DNA of 55,768 nucleotides. It comes from an uncultured Clostridia bacterium (GTDB lineage Bacteria; Bacillota; Clostridia; Christensenellales; UBA1242). The DNA lies in contig CALWGA010000040.1 of NCBI GenBank assembly GCA_944377825.1, positions 1-55,768 on the forward strand, in the 5' to 3' direction. Each line of letters starts with the position of its first letter. The stretch's first letter is position 1. This document shows positions 17,527-27,128 of this stretch, one piece after another. The position numbers were made by a program, and so were the translations under genes. The notes under the pieces were generated by a model. It was not told where the DNA came from and made no database searches. It saw nothing but the letters and a program-made list of their open reading frames with translations.

Positions 17527-19965
17527 TTGGCTAATCAATTAAACGGACTTAAAACTATAAATAACCTACAAAGAGACGGCTCTTTGCAGAATTTATTATT
17601 GTCTATTAAAAATTCAAAACTTGAGGTCGATGCTTTTTCCAAGAAATTGCAAGAGAAAAAGCAGGCTTTATCTGTTAAACAGCGCGAGCAGGCTAAAGAG
17701 CAAACTGCTAAGCAGGCTGTTAAGGAAGAAAAGCAAGTGGATATGGTGGAAACTCCAACTGTCACCAAGAGCGTTGAAGAGAAAAAGGAGTTTAAACCTC
17801 AAGACAACAAAACAAATTTCCGCAAATTTGACAATAAGTTTGACAATCAGAAAAATTTTCAAAACAGAAATGGCGCTAAAACAAATAAACCTCCTTTTAA
17901 TAAAAACAATCAGCAAAAAGACAACAAAAAGTTTGTTTCGACCAAGGCAAACAACTTTAAAAGTTTTGCTCCAACTGAAAGTAGCGCAGTTTTAGCACAG
18001 CCAGAGCGCAATTTTGGCAACAAAAACAAGCGTCGCAATGTTGAAGAGACTAAGAAACAAACGCAAAAACAAAAGAATATGGAGCGTTACTCTGGCAAGG
18101 ATAACAACATCTATGTGCTTGACGACGAGAACAACTTTGAAGAAGCAATGATGGGTTCAAGAAAACTCATTAAGAAGAAAAAAGAGGTGCAAACTGTTAT
18201 TGCTCCAAAAATCACACATGCAGTGTTAAACTCTAGGGAAATCACCATTAAAGATTTGAGCGAAAAGATAGGAAAACCAGTTTCTGAGATTGTTAAAAAG
18301 TGCATGCTTTTAGGCATTATGGCGATGATTAATAGCACGATTGACTTTGACACTTGTGAACTTATTTGCTCCGACTTTGGCATAACGCTGGAACTTAAAC
18401 TTGATAAATCTTACGAAGAAAAACTTATCGATTCTTCGCTTGAAGATGATGAAAAGAATATGGTTAAACGTCCGCCAGTTGTCACGGTTATGGGGCACGT
18501 TGACCACGGCAAAACCTCTCTGCTTGACGCCTTCAGAAAGAGCAATGTTGCTCTCGGTGAAGCGGGAGGTATCACACAAAAAATCGGTGCATATCAAATC
18601 ACTTTCAATAACGAAAAAATCACATTTATCGACACTCCAGGTCACGCTGCCTTCACAAAGATGCGTGCGCGTGGTGCGGAAGTCACCGATATTGCCATTT
18701 TGGTTGTGGCAGCAGATGATGGAATTATGCCTCAAACCGTGGAGGCAATCAACCACATCAAAGCGGCAAAGGTGCCGATGATTGTGGCAATCAATAAGAT
18801 GGATAAACCTGGTGCTAACCCTGACAGAGTTATGCAACAGTTGACAGAACATGGCGTGCTTCCAGAAAAATGGGGCGGAGATGCCATCTGCATTCCAATA
18901 TCGGCGAAAACTGGCATGGGGCTTGACGAACTCAAAAAGATGATTCTGCTTGTTGCCGAAATGGAAAATTTGAGAGCAAACCCTAATCGTAAGGCAACAG
19001 GCGTTATCATTGAGGCTGAACTTGATAAGGCGCGCGGACCAGTTGCCACTGTGCTTGTGAAAAACGGCACGCTTAAAATCGGCGACTCGATAATCAGCGG
19101 TATCACTTACGGCAAGGTTAAAGCGATGTTTGACGAAAACGGCAAGCAGGTTAAAAAAGCGCCACCTTCCACACCAGTCGCTGTCATGGGCTTCAACGAT
19201 GTTCCATCTTCTGGCGACCAAGTGTATTCGGTGGAAGATTCACTTTCAAAACAGGTCATCAATGAAAGAATAAATAAGATTAAGGCGGAACGCGCTAAAC
19301 AAACCTCAGGTGTCAGCGCTGACGACTTTATGTCAAGAATTCATGAGGGCAGTTTGAAGAATTTGAACATTATAATAAAGGCAGACACACAAGGCTCGGT
19401 GGAGGCGCTTAAAGGTTCACTTGAGGCAATAAGAAACGATGAGGTTAAGGTTGTCACAATTCACAGCGGAGCGGGCGCAATCACAGAAAGCGATTTGGTT
19501 TTGGCTCAAACAACAGGCTCTATTGTGATTGCATTCAACATCAAAACGCCTTCAAAAATTATGCAAATGGCAGATTCGCTTAAGGTCACTATCTTTGAAA
19601 CGAAGATAATTTATGAAGCAATCGATGAAATAACCAGACTCTCCAAAGGCATGATGGCAACGAAATACGAAGAAAAATACATCGGCTCGGCGGAGATAAG
19701 AGCGGTGTTCAAACTTTCAAGTGCTGGAAAGATTGCTGGAAGTTACGTCACCGACGGCAAAATTCAGCGTAACGCCATTGCAAAAATCAAGCGTGGAAAG
19801 GAAGTTGTTGGCGAAACATCGGTTGAGTCTCTTAAGATTGTCAAAGACGAAAAAGCCGAAGTCAACAAAGGCTTTGAGTGCGGTGTTAAATTTAAGGACA
19901 ATGTCGATTTCCAAGAAGGCGACATAGTTGAATATTATGTTAAAGAAGAGGTTAAGAATGTTTAA
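17527..19965 (+). CDS. infB: translation initiation factor IF-2
   Basis: RPPVVTVMGHVDHGKT, GGITQ, DTPGH, NKMD, GFECG; TTG start. Confidence 0.99.
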   Translation: MANQLNGLKTINNLQRDGSLQNLLLSIKNSKLEVDAFSKKLQEKKQALSVKQREQAKEQTAKQAVKEEKQVDMVETPTVTKSVEEKKEFKPQDNKTNFRKFDNKFDNQKNFQNRNGAKTNKPPFNKNNQQKDNKKFVSTKANNFKSFAPTESSAVLAQPERNFGNKNKRRNVEETKKQTQKQKNMERYSGKDNNIYVLDDENNFEEAMMGSRKLIKKKKEVQTVIAPKITHAVLNSREITIKDLSEKIGKPVSEIVKKCMLLGIMAMINSTIDFDTCELICSDFGITLELKLDKSYEEKLIDSSLEDDEKNMVKRPPVVTVMGHVDHGKTSLLDAFRKSNVALGEAGGITQKIGAYQITFNNEKITFIDTPGHAAFTKMRARGAEVTDIAILVVAADDGIMPQTVEAINHIKAAKVPMIVAINKMDKPGANPDRVMQQLTEHGVLPEKWGGDAICIPISAKTGMGLDELKKMILLVAEMENLRANPNRKATGVIIEAELDKARGPVATVLVKNGTLKIGDSIISGITYGKVKAMFDENGKQVKKAPPSTPVAVMGFNDVPSSGDQVYSVEDSLSKQVINERINKIKAERAKQTSGVSADDFMSRIHEGSLKNLNIIIKADTQGSVEALKGSLEAIRNDEVKVVTIHSGAGAITESDLVLAQTTGSIVIAFNIKTPSKIMQMADSLKVTIFETKIIYEAIDEITRLSKGMMATKYEEKYIGSAEIRAVFKLSSAGKIAGSYVTDGKIQRNAIAKIKRGKEVVGETSVESLKIVKDEKAEVNKGFECGVKFKDNVDFQEGDIVEYYVKEEVKNV

Positions 19966-20059
19966 TCTCTTTTTTCTTATATTCTCTTTGCTTTTTGGGT
20001 AAAATTTTGTATAATATATATAGGCGATAAAAATAAATTTCGTTTATTATGGAGGGAAT

Positions 20060-20437
20060 ATGTCAAACAGACAAGAGAGGGCAAACAGCGAAATTCAAAA
20101 GTGCCTCATCGAGATTATCCAAGAGAAGATGAATGACCCAAGGCTCAATAAGATTATCAGCGTGACCGAGGTCAAAGTCAGCCCTGATTTTAAATATTGC
20201 AAGGTTAAAATAAGCGTGCTGGATATAAAGGATATTGAAAGCGTCGCATCCGTTTTGCAAAAGTCAGAGGGGTTCATCAAAAAGGAACTTGGTAAGATGC
20301 TTGATATGCCTTTTATGCCAAAGTTGAAATTTGAGGTTGATAAGGGCGCTATAAGCACAATGCGCGTGGAAGAGATTTTGAAAAACTTGCACATTCCGCC
20401 AGCGGAGGACGACGATGATAACAGCGAAAGAGATTAG
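20060..20437 (+). CDS. rbfA: ribosome-binding factor A
   Basis: NRQER, DPRL, VTEVKVSPD, PKLKF. Confidence 0.95.
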   Translation: MSNRQERANSEIQKCLIEIIQEKMNDPRLNKIISVTEVKVSPDFKYCKVKISVLDIKDIESVASVLQKSEGFIKKELGKMLDMPFMPKLKFEVDKGAISTMRVEEILKNLHIPPAEDDDDNSERD

Positions 20438-21371
20438 AGATATGCTAGTCAGCGCAAAGCGTGTGGCCATCTTTGGGCATGTCAGACCTGATTTAGATTG
20501 CTTTGGTGCGATGTTTGGCGCAAAATTCTTATGCGAAAGTTTGGGAACAAAATGCGATATGTTTGCAAATGTTCCTGAAGATTCTTTTTTACTCAATATC
20601 TTTCCTAAAAGGTTTTTAAAGCAAAAGTTTGATAAGAGTAAATACGATTTAATTTTGGTGGTTGACTGCAACACTCTATCTCGCATAGATGAAAGTTTTA
20701 GAAGCGAAGTAAAAGGCAAAAATCTTTTATTTATCGACCACCATGCGCAAAATATTGTTGAAGAAAATGCGGAGTTCTACTTCTTTCCTGAAAAGTGTTC
20801 TGTAAGCATTATGATATATGAACTCATCGACAAGTATAAAATTCCACTTGACGCCACGACTGCCACATACATATTCGCTGGGCTTGTGGGCGACACTGGC
20901 AGATTTCTTCACACAAACACCGACGAAAGTGCCTTCATTTGTGCCTCAAAGCTCACAAAAGTTGGTGCGGACATTCAAAAGGTCTACGATGTTACCTATC
21001 GTTCTTTAACCGTGAACCAGGTTCGACTTAGAAACTTTATCTTTGAAAATTTAAAATCAAATGGCAATGTTTGTTATATCACAGTCAGCGAAAAGGACCT
21101 AAAAAAACTTAAATCTTCTGCTGAGGACCTTAAAATATTTATCGACGATGTAAACAAGATTAAAGATTTTGATGTTGTGATGTTCGCATACGAGGTCACT
21201 CATGGAGAATATAAGGTCAGCCTAAGGTCGAAAAATGGCGTGGTTGTCTCGTCTATTGCCACAAAATATGGAGGTGGCGGACATAAAATGGCGGCAGGGT
21301 TTAGCCTTGTTGGCGACAAAAAGAGTGTGACGAAAAAACTTAAAGCGATTTGTGAGGAATTTTATGCTTGA
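20415..21371 (+). CDS. nrnA: DHH/DHHA1 bifunctional oligoribonuclease/PAP phosphatase
   Basis: GHVRPDLD, VVD, IDHH, GDTGRF, SLRS, GGGGH..AAG. Confidence 0.92.
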   Translation: MITAKEIRDMLVSAKRVAIFGHVRPDLDCFGAMFGAKFLCESLGTKCDMFANVPEDSFLLNIFPKRFLKQKFDKSKYDLILVVDCNTLSRIDESFRSEVKGKNLLFIDHHAQNIVEENAEFYFFPEKCSVSIMIYELIDKYKIPLDATTATYIFAGLVGDTGRFLHTNTDESAFICASKLTKVGADIQKVYDVTYRSLTVNQVRLRNFIFENLKSNGNVCYITVSEKDLKKLKSSAEDLKIFIDDVNKIKDFDVVMFAYEVTHGEYKVSLRSKNGVVVSSIATKYGGGGHKMAAGFSLVGDKKSVTKKLKAICEEFYA

Positions 21372-22212
21372 GAGTGGCATCATCTTAATCAATAAGCCAA
21401 AAGGCATTTCCTCTAATAAGGTTGTCAATATCGTAAAACACACGCTTCACGCCAAAAAGTGCGGACATCTCGGCACGCTTGACCTTGAAGGCGAAGGACT
21501 CTTGCCAGTGACAGTGAATAGTGCCACCAAACTTTTCGATTTTTTCTTGAAGAAGGACAAAACTTATGTAACCAATTTTGTTTTCGGCTATGAAACTGAC
21601 ACACTGGATACCGCAGGAAAGATTGTCAAGCAAGGTGAAGTGAATTTCACGGAGCAAGAACTAGAAACAGCGGTTAAAAGCATGATAGGAAAATATATGC
21701 AAATGCCACCGCAGTATTCTGCCAAAAAGGTCGGAGGAAAAGTGGCGTATAAGGAGGCGAGAAGTGGCAAGAAAATTTCGCTTACGCCAAAGGAAGTCGA
21801 AATCACGGACTTTAAAATTTTAGGTAAGGTAGACGAGAATGTCTATCGCTTTGAAATCACTTGTTCAAGTGGCACATATATTCGAAGCATTGCCAGAGAC
21901 CTTGCATACCACCTCGGAACATATGGTAGTATGCAATGCATACTACGCACAAGATGTGGAAATTTTTATCTTAAAGATGCAGTAAGTTTGGAAGAATTTA
22001 AAAATGGAAAATATAAGCTAATTTCTTGTGATTCGGTTTTTGACTATGAAAAAATTATACTTACAGATAAAGAGTTTTTTAAAATTGAGAATGGTCAAAC
22101 CATCAAAAAAATGTTAGAAAATGGGAAATATAGACTCTATAATAACACCACATTTTTAGGCGTCGGCGAGATAGTTGACAACAACTTGAAACTCAGTCTT
22201 AGATTATTTTAA
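21364..22212 (+). CDS. truB: tRNA pseudouridine(55) synthase
   Basis: INKPKG, KCGHLGTLD, QMPPQYSAKK, CSSGTYIRS; ATG 21364. Confidence 0.97.
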   Translation: MLESGIILINKPKGISSNKVVNIVKHTLHAKKCGHLGTLDLEGEGLLPVTVNSATKLFDFFLKKDKTYVTNFVFGYETDTLDTAGKIVKQGEVNFTEQELETAVKSMIGKYMQMPPQYSAKKVGGKVAYKEARSGKKISLTPKEVEITDFKILGKVDENVYRFEITCSSGTYIRSIARDLAYHLGTYGSMQCILRTRCGNFYLKDAVSLEEFKNGKYKLISCDSVFDYEKIILTDKEFFKIENGQTIKKMLENGKYRLYNNTTFLGVGEIVDNNLKLSLRLF

Positions 22213-22364
22213 ATACAAATCAATTTATTTTTATTCATCCTAAAATTGATAATGATTTGAAATATGAAAGATATAAAATTAAAAACTTATAGTCTTAATA
22301 TTTAAGATGTTTTATAATTCTAAAAATACTAAAAAAATGTTTTATTTCACTTAAAGGAGAAAGT

Positions 22365-23228
22365 ATGGGGAAAATTTTGTTTGGACCTGCGGGGAACAGC
22401 CAGTCATTTTTTGACGAAGGGCACTCATCCACTTTGGAAACGCCAAAATGGGTGAGCGAGCGTGGACTTGACCTATTTGAATATAGTTTTGGGCAGGGCT
22501 ATCGCATGAGCACGGAAACGGCGGTCAAAATCGGCGAAGAATTTAAGAAATACAATATTGAAATGTCGGTTCATGCGCCATATTTTATAAATTTTGCCAA
22601 TCCTGACGAGGAGATGTATGCAAAAAGCGTGGGCTACCTTGCAACAGGTATCAAGTTTTTGAAAAGTTTTGGAGCAAAACGCATGGTCTTTCATCCAGCG
22701 TCTTGCGGAAAAATGACGCGTGACGAGGCAGTGAAACTTATGACTGATAGGCTTAAAGAAACTATGCCGAAACTGGAAGAGGAATTAGGGAACGACCTCT
22801 ATCTTTGCCCTGAAACCATGGGTAAAACCATGCAGATTGGAACATATAAAGAGATAATCGACCTTTGCACAATTTCTCCGCGCCTTCTTCCAACCTTCGA
22901 TTTTGGGCATATCAACGCTCTCACGCAAGGCTCGTTGAAGTCGGCGGACGATTTTAAAAGAATTTTCAACTACTCCTTTGAAAAGTTGGGCGACAGAACG
23001 AAGATTGCGCATATCCACTTTTCAAAAATTCAATACGGAGCGAAGGGAGAGATAAGGCACTTGACTTTTGCTGATGAAGTTTACGGGCCAAGATTTGAAG
23101 ATTTGGTAAATGTTTTAATCGACTATGACCTATCTTGCCATATTATTTGCGAGTCATCCGGCACTATGGCAGAAGATAGCAAAACGATGAAAGATATTTA
23201 TCTGAAAACGCTTGCAAATCATAAATAG
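22365..23228 (+). CDS. endonuclease IV / AP endonuclease 2 family TIM-barrel protein
   Basis: SVHAPYFIN, VFHP, PETMGK, DFGH, HIHFS, ICES metal-ligand pattern. Confidence 0.85.
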   Translation: MGKILFGPAGNSQSFFDEGHSSTLETPKWVSERGLDLFEYSFGQGYRMSTETAVKIGEEFKKYNIEMSVHAPYFINFANPDEEMYAKSVGYLATGIKFLKSFGAKRMVFHPASCGKMTRDEAVKLMTDRLKETMPKLEEELGNDLYLCPETMGKTMQIGTYKEIIDLCTISPRLLPTFDFGHINALTQGSLKSADDFKRIFNYSFEKLGDRTKIAHIHFSKIQYGAKGEIRHLTFADEVYGPRFEDLVNVLIDYDLSCHIICESSGTMAEDSKTMKDIYLKTLANHK

Positions 23229-23416
23229 GTGTGGTATACTATTAACGGTTATTGGTGCGGTTTAGCACTGATTGAAAATTTTATCGACTTAAGTTGGAAT
23301 TTGCTCTGAACAAAATTTGCGAAAAAATTACAATAGCAAGAAACAAAAGGCATTTTGAAACAATTTTCGGTTTAACTCGATGAAATCACAAAAATTTATT
23401 TATAGGAGAAAAGAAT

Positions 23417-23977
23417 ATGGTATCAGCAGGAGATTTTAGAAAAGGAACAACTTTTGAAATGGACGGAGCGGTTTATAACGTTATTGATTTTATGCACGTA
23501 AAACCAGGCAAGGGCTCTCCATTCGTTAGAGCAAAGATTAAAAATGTTATGACAGGGCAAGTTCGCGAAGAAACTTTCAACCCAAGTGATAAATTCCAAG
23601 AGGCAGTGATTGAGAAAAAGGATATGCTCTATCTTTACAACGATGGCGACCTATACTACTTCATGGACAACGAAACATTCGAGCAAATGCCACTCAATAA
23701 GGATGTGGTTGCCGATGTTCTCAATTTCGTCACAGAAAATATGAACACGACCATGTATATGTATAAGGGCGTGCCTTTCGCAGTTTATCCACCAACTTTC
23801 GTGGAACTTGAAGTGGTTGACACTGAGCCAGGTATCCAAGGCGACACATCAAAGGCATCTAAAAAGCCAGCAAAACTTATCACAGGCTACACAATCAACG
23901 TTCCGCTTTTCGTCAACATCGGCGACATCATAAGAGTTGACACGCGTGACGGCTCATACATGGAAAAAGTGAAATAG
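23417..23977 (+). CDS. efp: elongation factor P
   Basis: DFRKG, HVKPGKG, PGIQGDT, VPLFVN, RVDTR. Confidence 0.99.
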   Translation: MVSAGDFRKGTTFEMDGAVYNVIDFMHVKPGKGSPFVRAKIKNVMTGQVREETFNPSDKFQEAVIEKKDMLYLYNDGDLYYFMDNETFEQMPLNKDVVADVLNFVTENMNTTMYMYKGVPFAVYPPTFVELEVVDTEPGIQGDTSKASKKPAKLITGYTINVPLFVNIGDIIRVDTRDGSYMEKVK

Positions 23978-24128
23978 TTTGCGAGTGTTTTTAAGAAATA
24001 AATATGTAAAGATAAATTCTTTCGAATTTTACTTAAAACACTTTCATGAAAAGTATTGATTTAATCGCATAATTTTCTTACATTTTTAGAAAAATAAACT
24101 ATTTCAATTAAAAAATTTTCCAAATTTC

Positions 24129-24160
24129 AAAGAGATTAATCTTTTAGATTAGTCTTTTTT
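24129..24160 (+). terminator. intrinsic terminator downstream of efp
   Basis: AAAGAGATTAATCT-tt-AGATTAGTCTTTTT(T). Confidence 0.7.
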
Positions 24161-24288
24161 GTATTATCTTAAATTTACTTGATTTATTTTTGTTTTTATT
24201 TTATACTTGTAAGGTCGAAAAGTAAAAGTAAGGTCATTATTTTTTAAGATTTATTTACAAATTTTAAACTATTTTTAAGGAGTTCAAC

Positions 24289-26712
24289 GTGTTAGATAAG
24301 AAATATAACGCACAATAAAAAGAAGCAAAGTGGCAAAAGTATTGGCAGGAGAATGGCATATACAAATTTGACCCAAAGTCATCTAAACCAACCTTCTCCA
24401 TCGACACGCCACCACCAACGGTAAGTGGAAAACTTCACATTGGGCATATTTCTGGTTTCACGCAGGCGGATATGATTGCGCGTTATCATCGTATGCAAGG
24501 CAAAAATCTTTTTTATCCACTTGGATTCGATAATAATGGACTTCCAACAGAATTATTGGTAGAAAAAGAGAAAAAAATTCGCGCTCACACTCTGCCACGT
24601 GAAGAATTCACTCAAATTGCACTTGATTTAGTTTCTAAGTATAATCAATCCTATCGTGACATGATGGTTAAGGCGGGTATGTCTTGCGATTTAGATTTGG
24701 GATATAACACGATTGATAAGAAAAGCCAAAAGACAAGCCAAAAATCCTTTATTGAACTTGCGAAAAAGGGGATTGCATATCGCGAAAATAAGCCGTCGCC
24801 ATGGTGTTGCAAGTGCCGAACAAGTGTGGCGACCGCTGAACTTGAAGATAAGGAACTCGACAGCGTGTTTAACTATTTGAACTTCAAATTAGCCGACGGC
24901 TCTGGAACTATTCCTATTGCCACAACGCGTCCAGAGTTTTTGCCAGCATGCGTGGCTATCTTTGTTAATCCAGAGGATGAAAGATACAAAAATCTCATCG
25001 GCAAGAAGGTTAAAGTGCCTCTTTTTGAAGAGAATGAGGTGACCGTGCTCGCAGACAGCAAAGTAGGAATTGATAAGGGAACAGGAATCGTTATGTGTTG
25101 CACTTTCGGTGACCAGACCGACGTTGAGTGGTGGAAAGAATATAATCTTCCGCTCAAGCAGGCCATTGACGAGGGCGGTAGGATGACAGAAATCGCTGGT
25201 AAATATGCTGGCATGAAGGTGCTTGAGGCGAGAAAAGCGGTCATTGAAGATTTGAAAGCGCAGGGCTATATCTATAAACAAGAGCCGATTAAACACTCTG
25301 TGAAAGTGCATGAAAGATGCGAAGAGCCTATTGAGTTTCTATCAAAAAAGCAGTGGTTTATCAAAACCTCCACGCCAGAACTTAAAAAGAAATGGGCAGA
25401 ACTTGGCGACGAACTTGTTTGGCATCCAGAGAGCATGAAAGTGCGATATATGACTTGGGTGAACAACCTAAATCAAGATTGGTCAATCTCTCGCCAGCGC
25501 TATTTTGGTGTGCCATTCCCTGTGTGGTATTGTGCTGATTGTGGCGAGCCTATCTTTGCCGACGAAAGCGATTTGCCAGTCAATCCATTAAGAGATAAGC
25601 CAAAAACTAAAAAATGTTCAAAGTGCGGTTGCGTGGAATTTGTGCCAGAAAGCGATGTTATGGACACATGGGCTACATCTTCAGTCACACCTCAAATCAA
25701 CTGCAACTGGGCAGATGACGAAGAAGGATGCAAAAAGCGTATGCCAATGGATATGCGTTTCTGTGGACGTGATATAATCACCACTTGGAGTCTTAGAACG
25801 ATAATCAAAGCCTACTATCACCAAAATTGCCTGCCTTGGAAGATGCTTATAGTCAATGGCTGGGTTATGGCTGACAAAGGCATAAAGATAAGCAAACATC
25901 TATCTAATTCAAAAATGGACCTTCAAGATTTACTTTCAACCTATGGCGCTGATGTCATAAGGTATTGGTGCGCAATCGGTGCGTATGGCAGAGATGTTAT
26001 GTTCAGCGATGATGGACTAAAAGATGGCTACAAACTTTTGAATAAACTTTGGAACGCGTCAAAATTTGTGCTGTCATTCCTTGAAAATTACACTCCGAAA
26101 AAGCCGAAAAAGATTTTGCCGATGGATAGGTATATCATGCATAAGTTTAATGATGCCTACAAAAGAACGTGCGCGCAATACGATAATGTTGAAATGGGCT
26201 ATGCTAAGGCAGAGATTGAAAAATTCTTCTGGAACTTCTGCGATAACTATATAGAACTTGCTAAAAATCGTCTATATAAGCCAGAAATTTACGGCGAAGA
26301 TGCAAAAGAGTCGGCACAGTGGGCTTGCTATAATGTGCTTCTGGGTATGCTTAAACTCTTTGCCATCACAATGCCACATATAACAGAAGAAATCTATCAA
26401 GATTATTTCAGAAAGTTTGAGAAAGAAAAGAGTATCCATCTTTGCATATTAAAACCTATTGAAATTGAAAAAGAAGAAAATATTATTGAAAATGGCGATG
26501 AGGTTTTGGAAATCGTTTCAAAAGTAAGGCAATTTAAAAGTGAGAATAAACTCAGCCTTAAAACCGAAATTGAAAATATGACAATACAAAGCGAAAAAAT
26601 TGACTTTATAAAAGAGTGCGAGGACGACATCAAAGCGGTGACATCCGTTCGCGAACTTGAGTATAAAACAGGCAAATTTGATGTTAAAATTGGCAAAGTG
26701 ATTGAAGAATAA
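24289..26712 (+). CDS. valS: valine--tRNA ligase (archaeal-type, ~807 aa) interrupted by in-frame TAA at 24316-24318
   Basis: SD AAGGAG then GTG: MLDKKYNAQ*KEAKWQKYW..IDTPPPTVSGKLHIGH, continuing in frame into ORF 24472. Also GTGIVMCCTFGD, WSISRQR, DVMDTWATS and KISKH. Confidence 0.93.
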
Positions 26713-26771
26713 AATCTATCTTAAAATTTTTATCCAAAGTCACTTTAAACTAACTAAAAACAAACATAATT

Positions 26772-26798
26772 AAAAGGGGTGCTGACGCACTCTTTTTT
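26772..26798 (+). terminator. intrinsic terminator after valS
   Basis: AAAAGGGGTGC-tgac-GCACTCTTTT(TT). Confidence 0.8.
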
Positions 26799-26867
26799 GT
26801 TGTTTAAGTTTTGGTCATTTGAAATAAGTTATATGGTGTTAGGTTAAAAAAATAATTTAAAATAATG

Positions 26868-26896
26868 GTATATTTTTCTTATTTTAAAGCAAAATA
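26868..26896 (+). promoter_or_regulatory. candidate sigma-G (forespore) promoter
   Basis: GTATA-17-CAAAATA resembles the Bacillus/Clostridium sigma-G consensus. Confidence 0.45.
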
Positions 26897-26937
26897 TTAG
26901 TAACAAGGAAACATCCTTGGAAAACGGGAGGTAAACT

Positions 26938-27087
26938 ATGTTCGGAAAGAAAAAAGCGTCGAAAAAATGCAACGCGAATTCTGAAGCATCCAGCGAGAAT
27001 GCTTCAAGAGCAAAGAACTGTGAAGCAGGAAAAGAAGCAAAATCTTGCAAAAACTGCAAAGGTTCTAGTGCAAAAAACTGCAAATAG
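26938..27087 (+). CDS. small 49-aa Lys/Ala/Ser/Cys-rich protein with KNC repeats (not in ORF track)
   Basis: Strong SD GGGAGGT; MFGKKKASKKCNANSEASSENASRAKNCEAGKEAKSCKNCKGSSAKNCK; followed by a terminator. Confidence 0.8.
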   Translation: MFGKKKASKKCNANSEASSENASRAKNCEAGKEAKSCKNCKGSSAKNCK

Positions 27088-27100
27088 TTGTTTCTCGTAG

Positions 27101-27128
27101 AAAAAGAACGCAAGTCGCGTTCTTTTTT
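27101..27128. terminator. bidirectional terminator between small ORF and rluA-like gene
   Basis: AAAAAGAACGC-aagtc-GCGTTCTTTTT. Confidence 0.85.

Noticed and set aside
24316-24318. Alternative genetic code suggested by the valS internal stop
   Set aside because: TAA, TAG and TGA all end conserved genes at the expected positions, and no other gene shows internal stops.
26844-27113. 89-aa minus-strand ORF with FFAL repeats
   Set aside because: It is the antisense shadow of the KNC microprotein, which has the SD, promoter and terminator.
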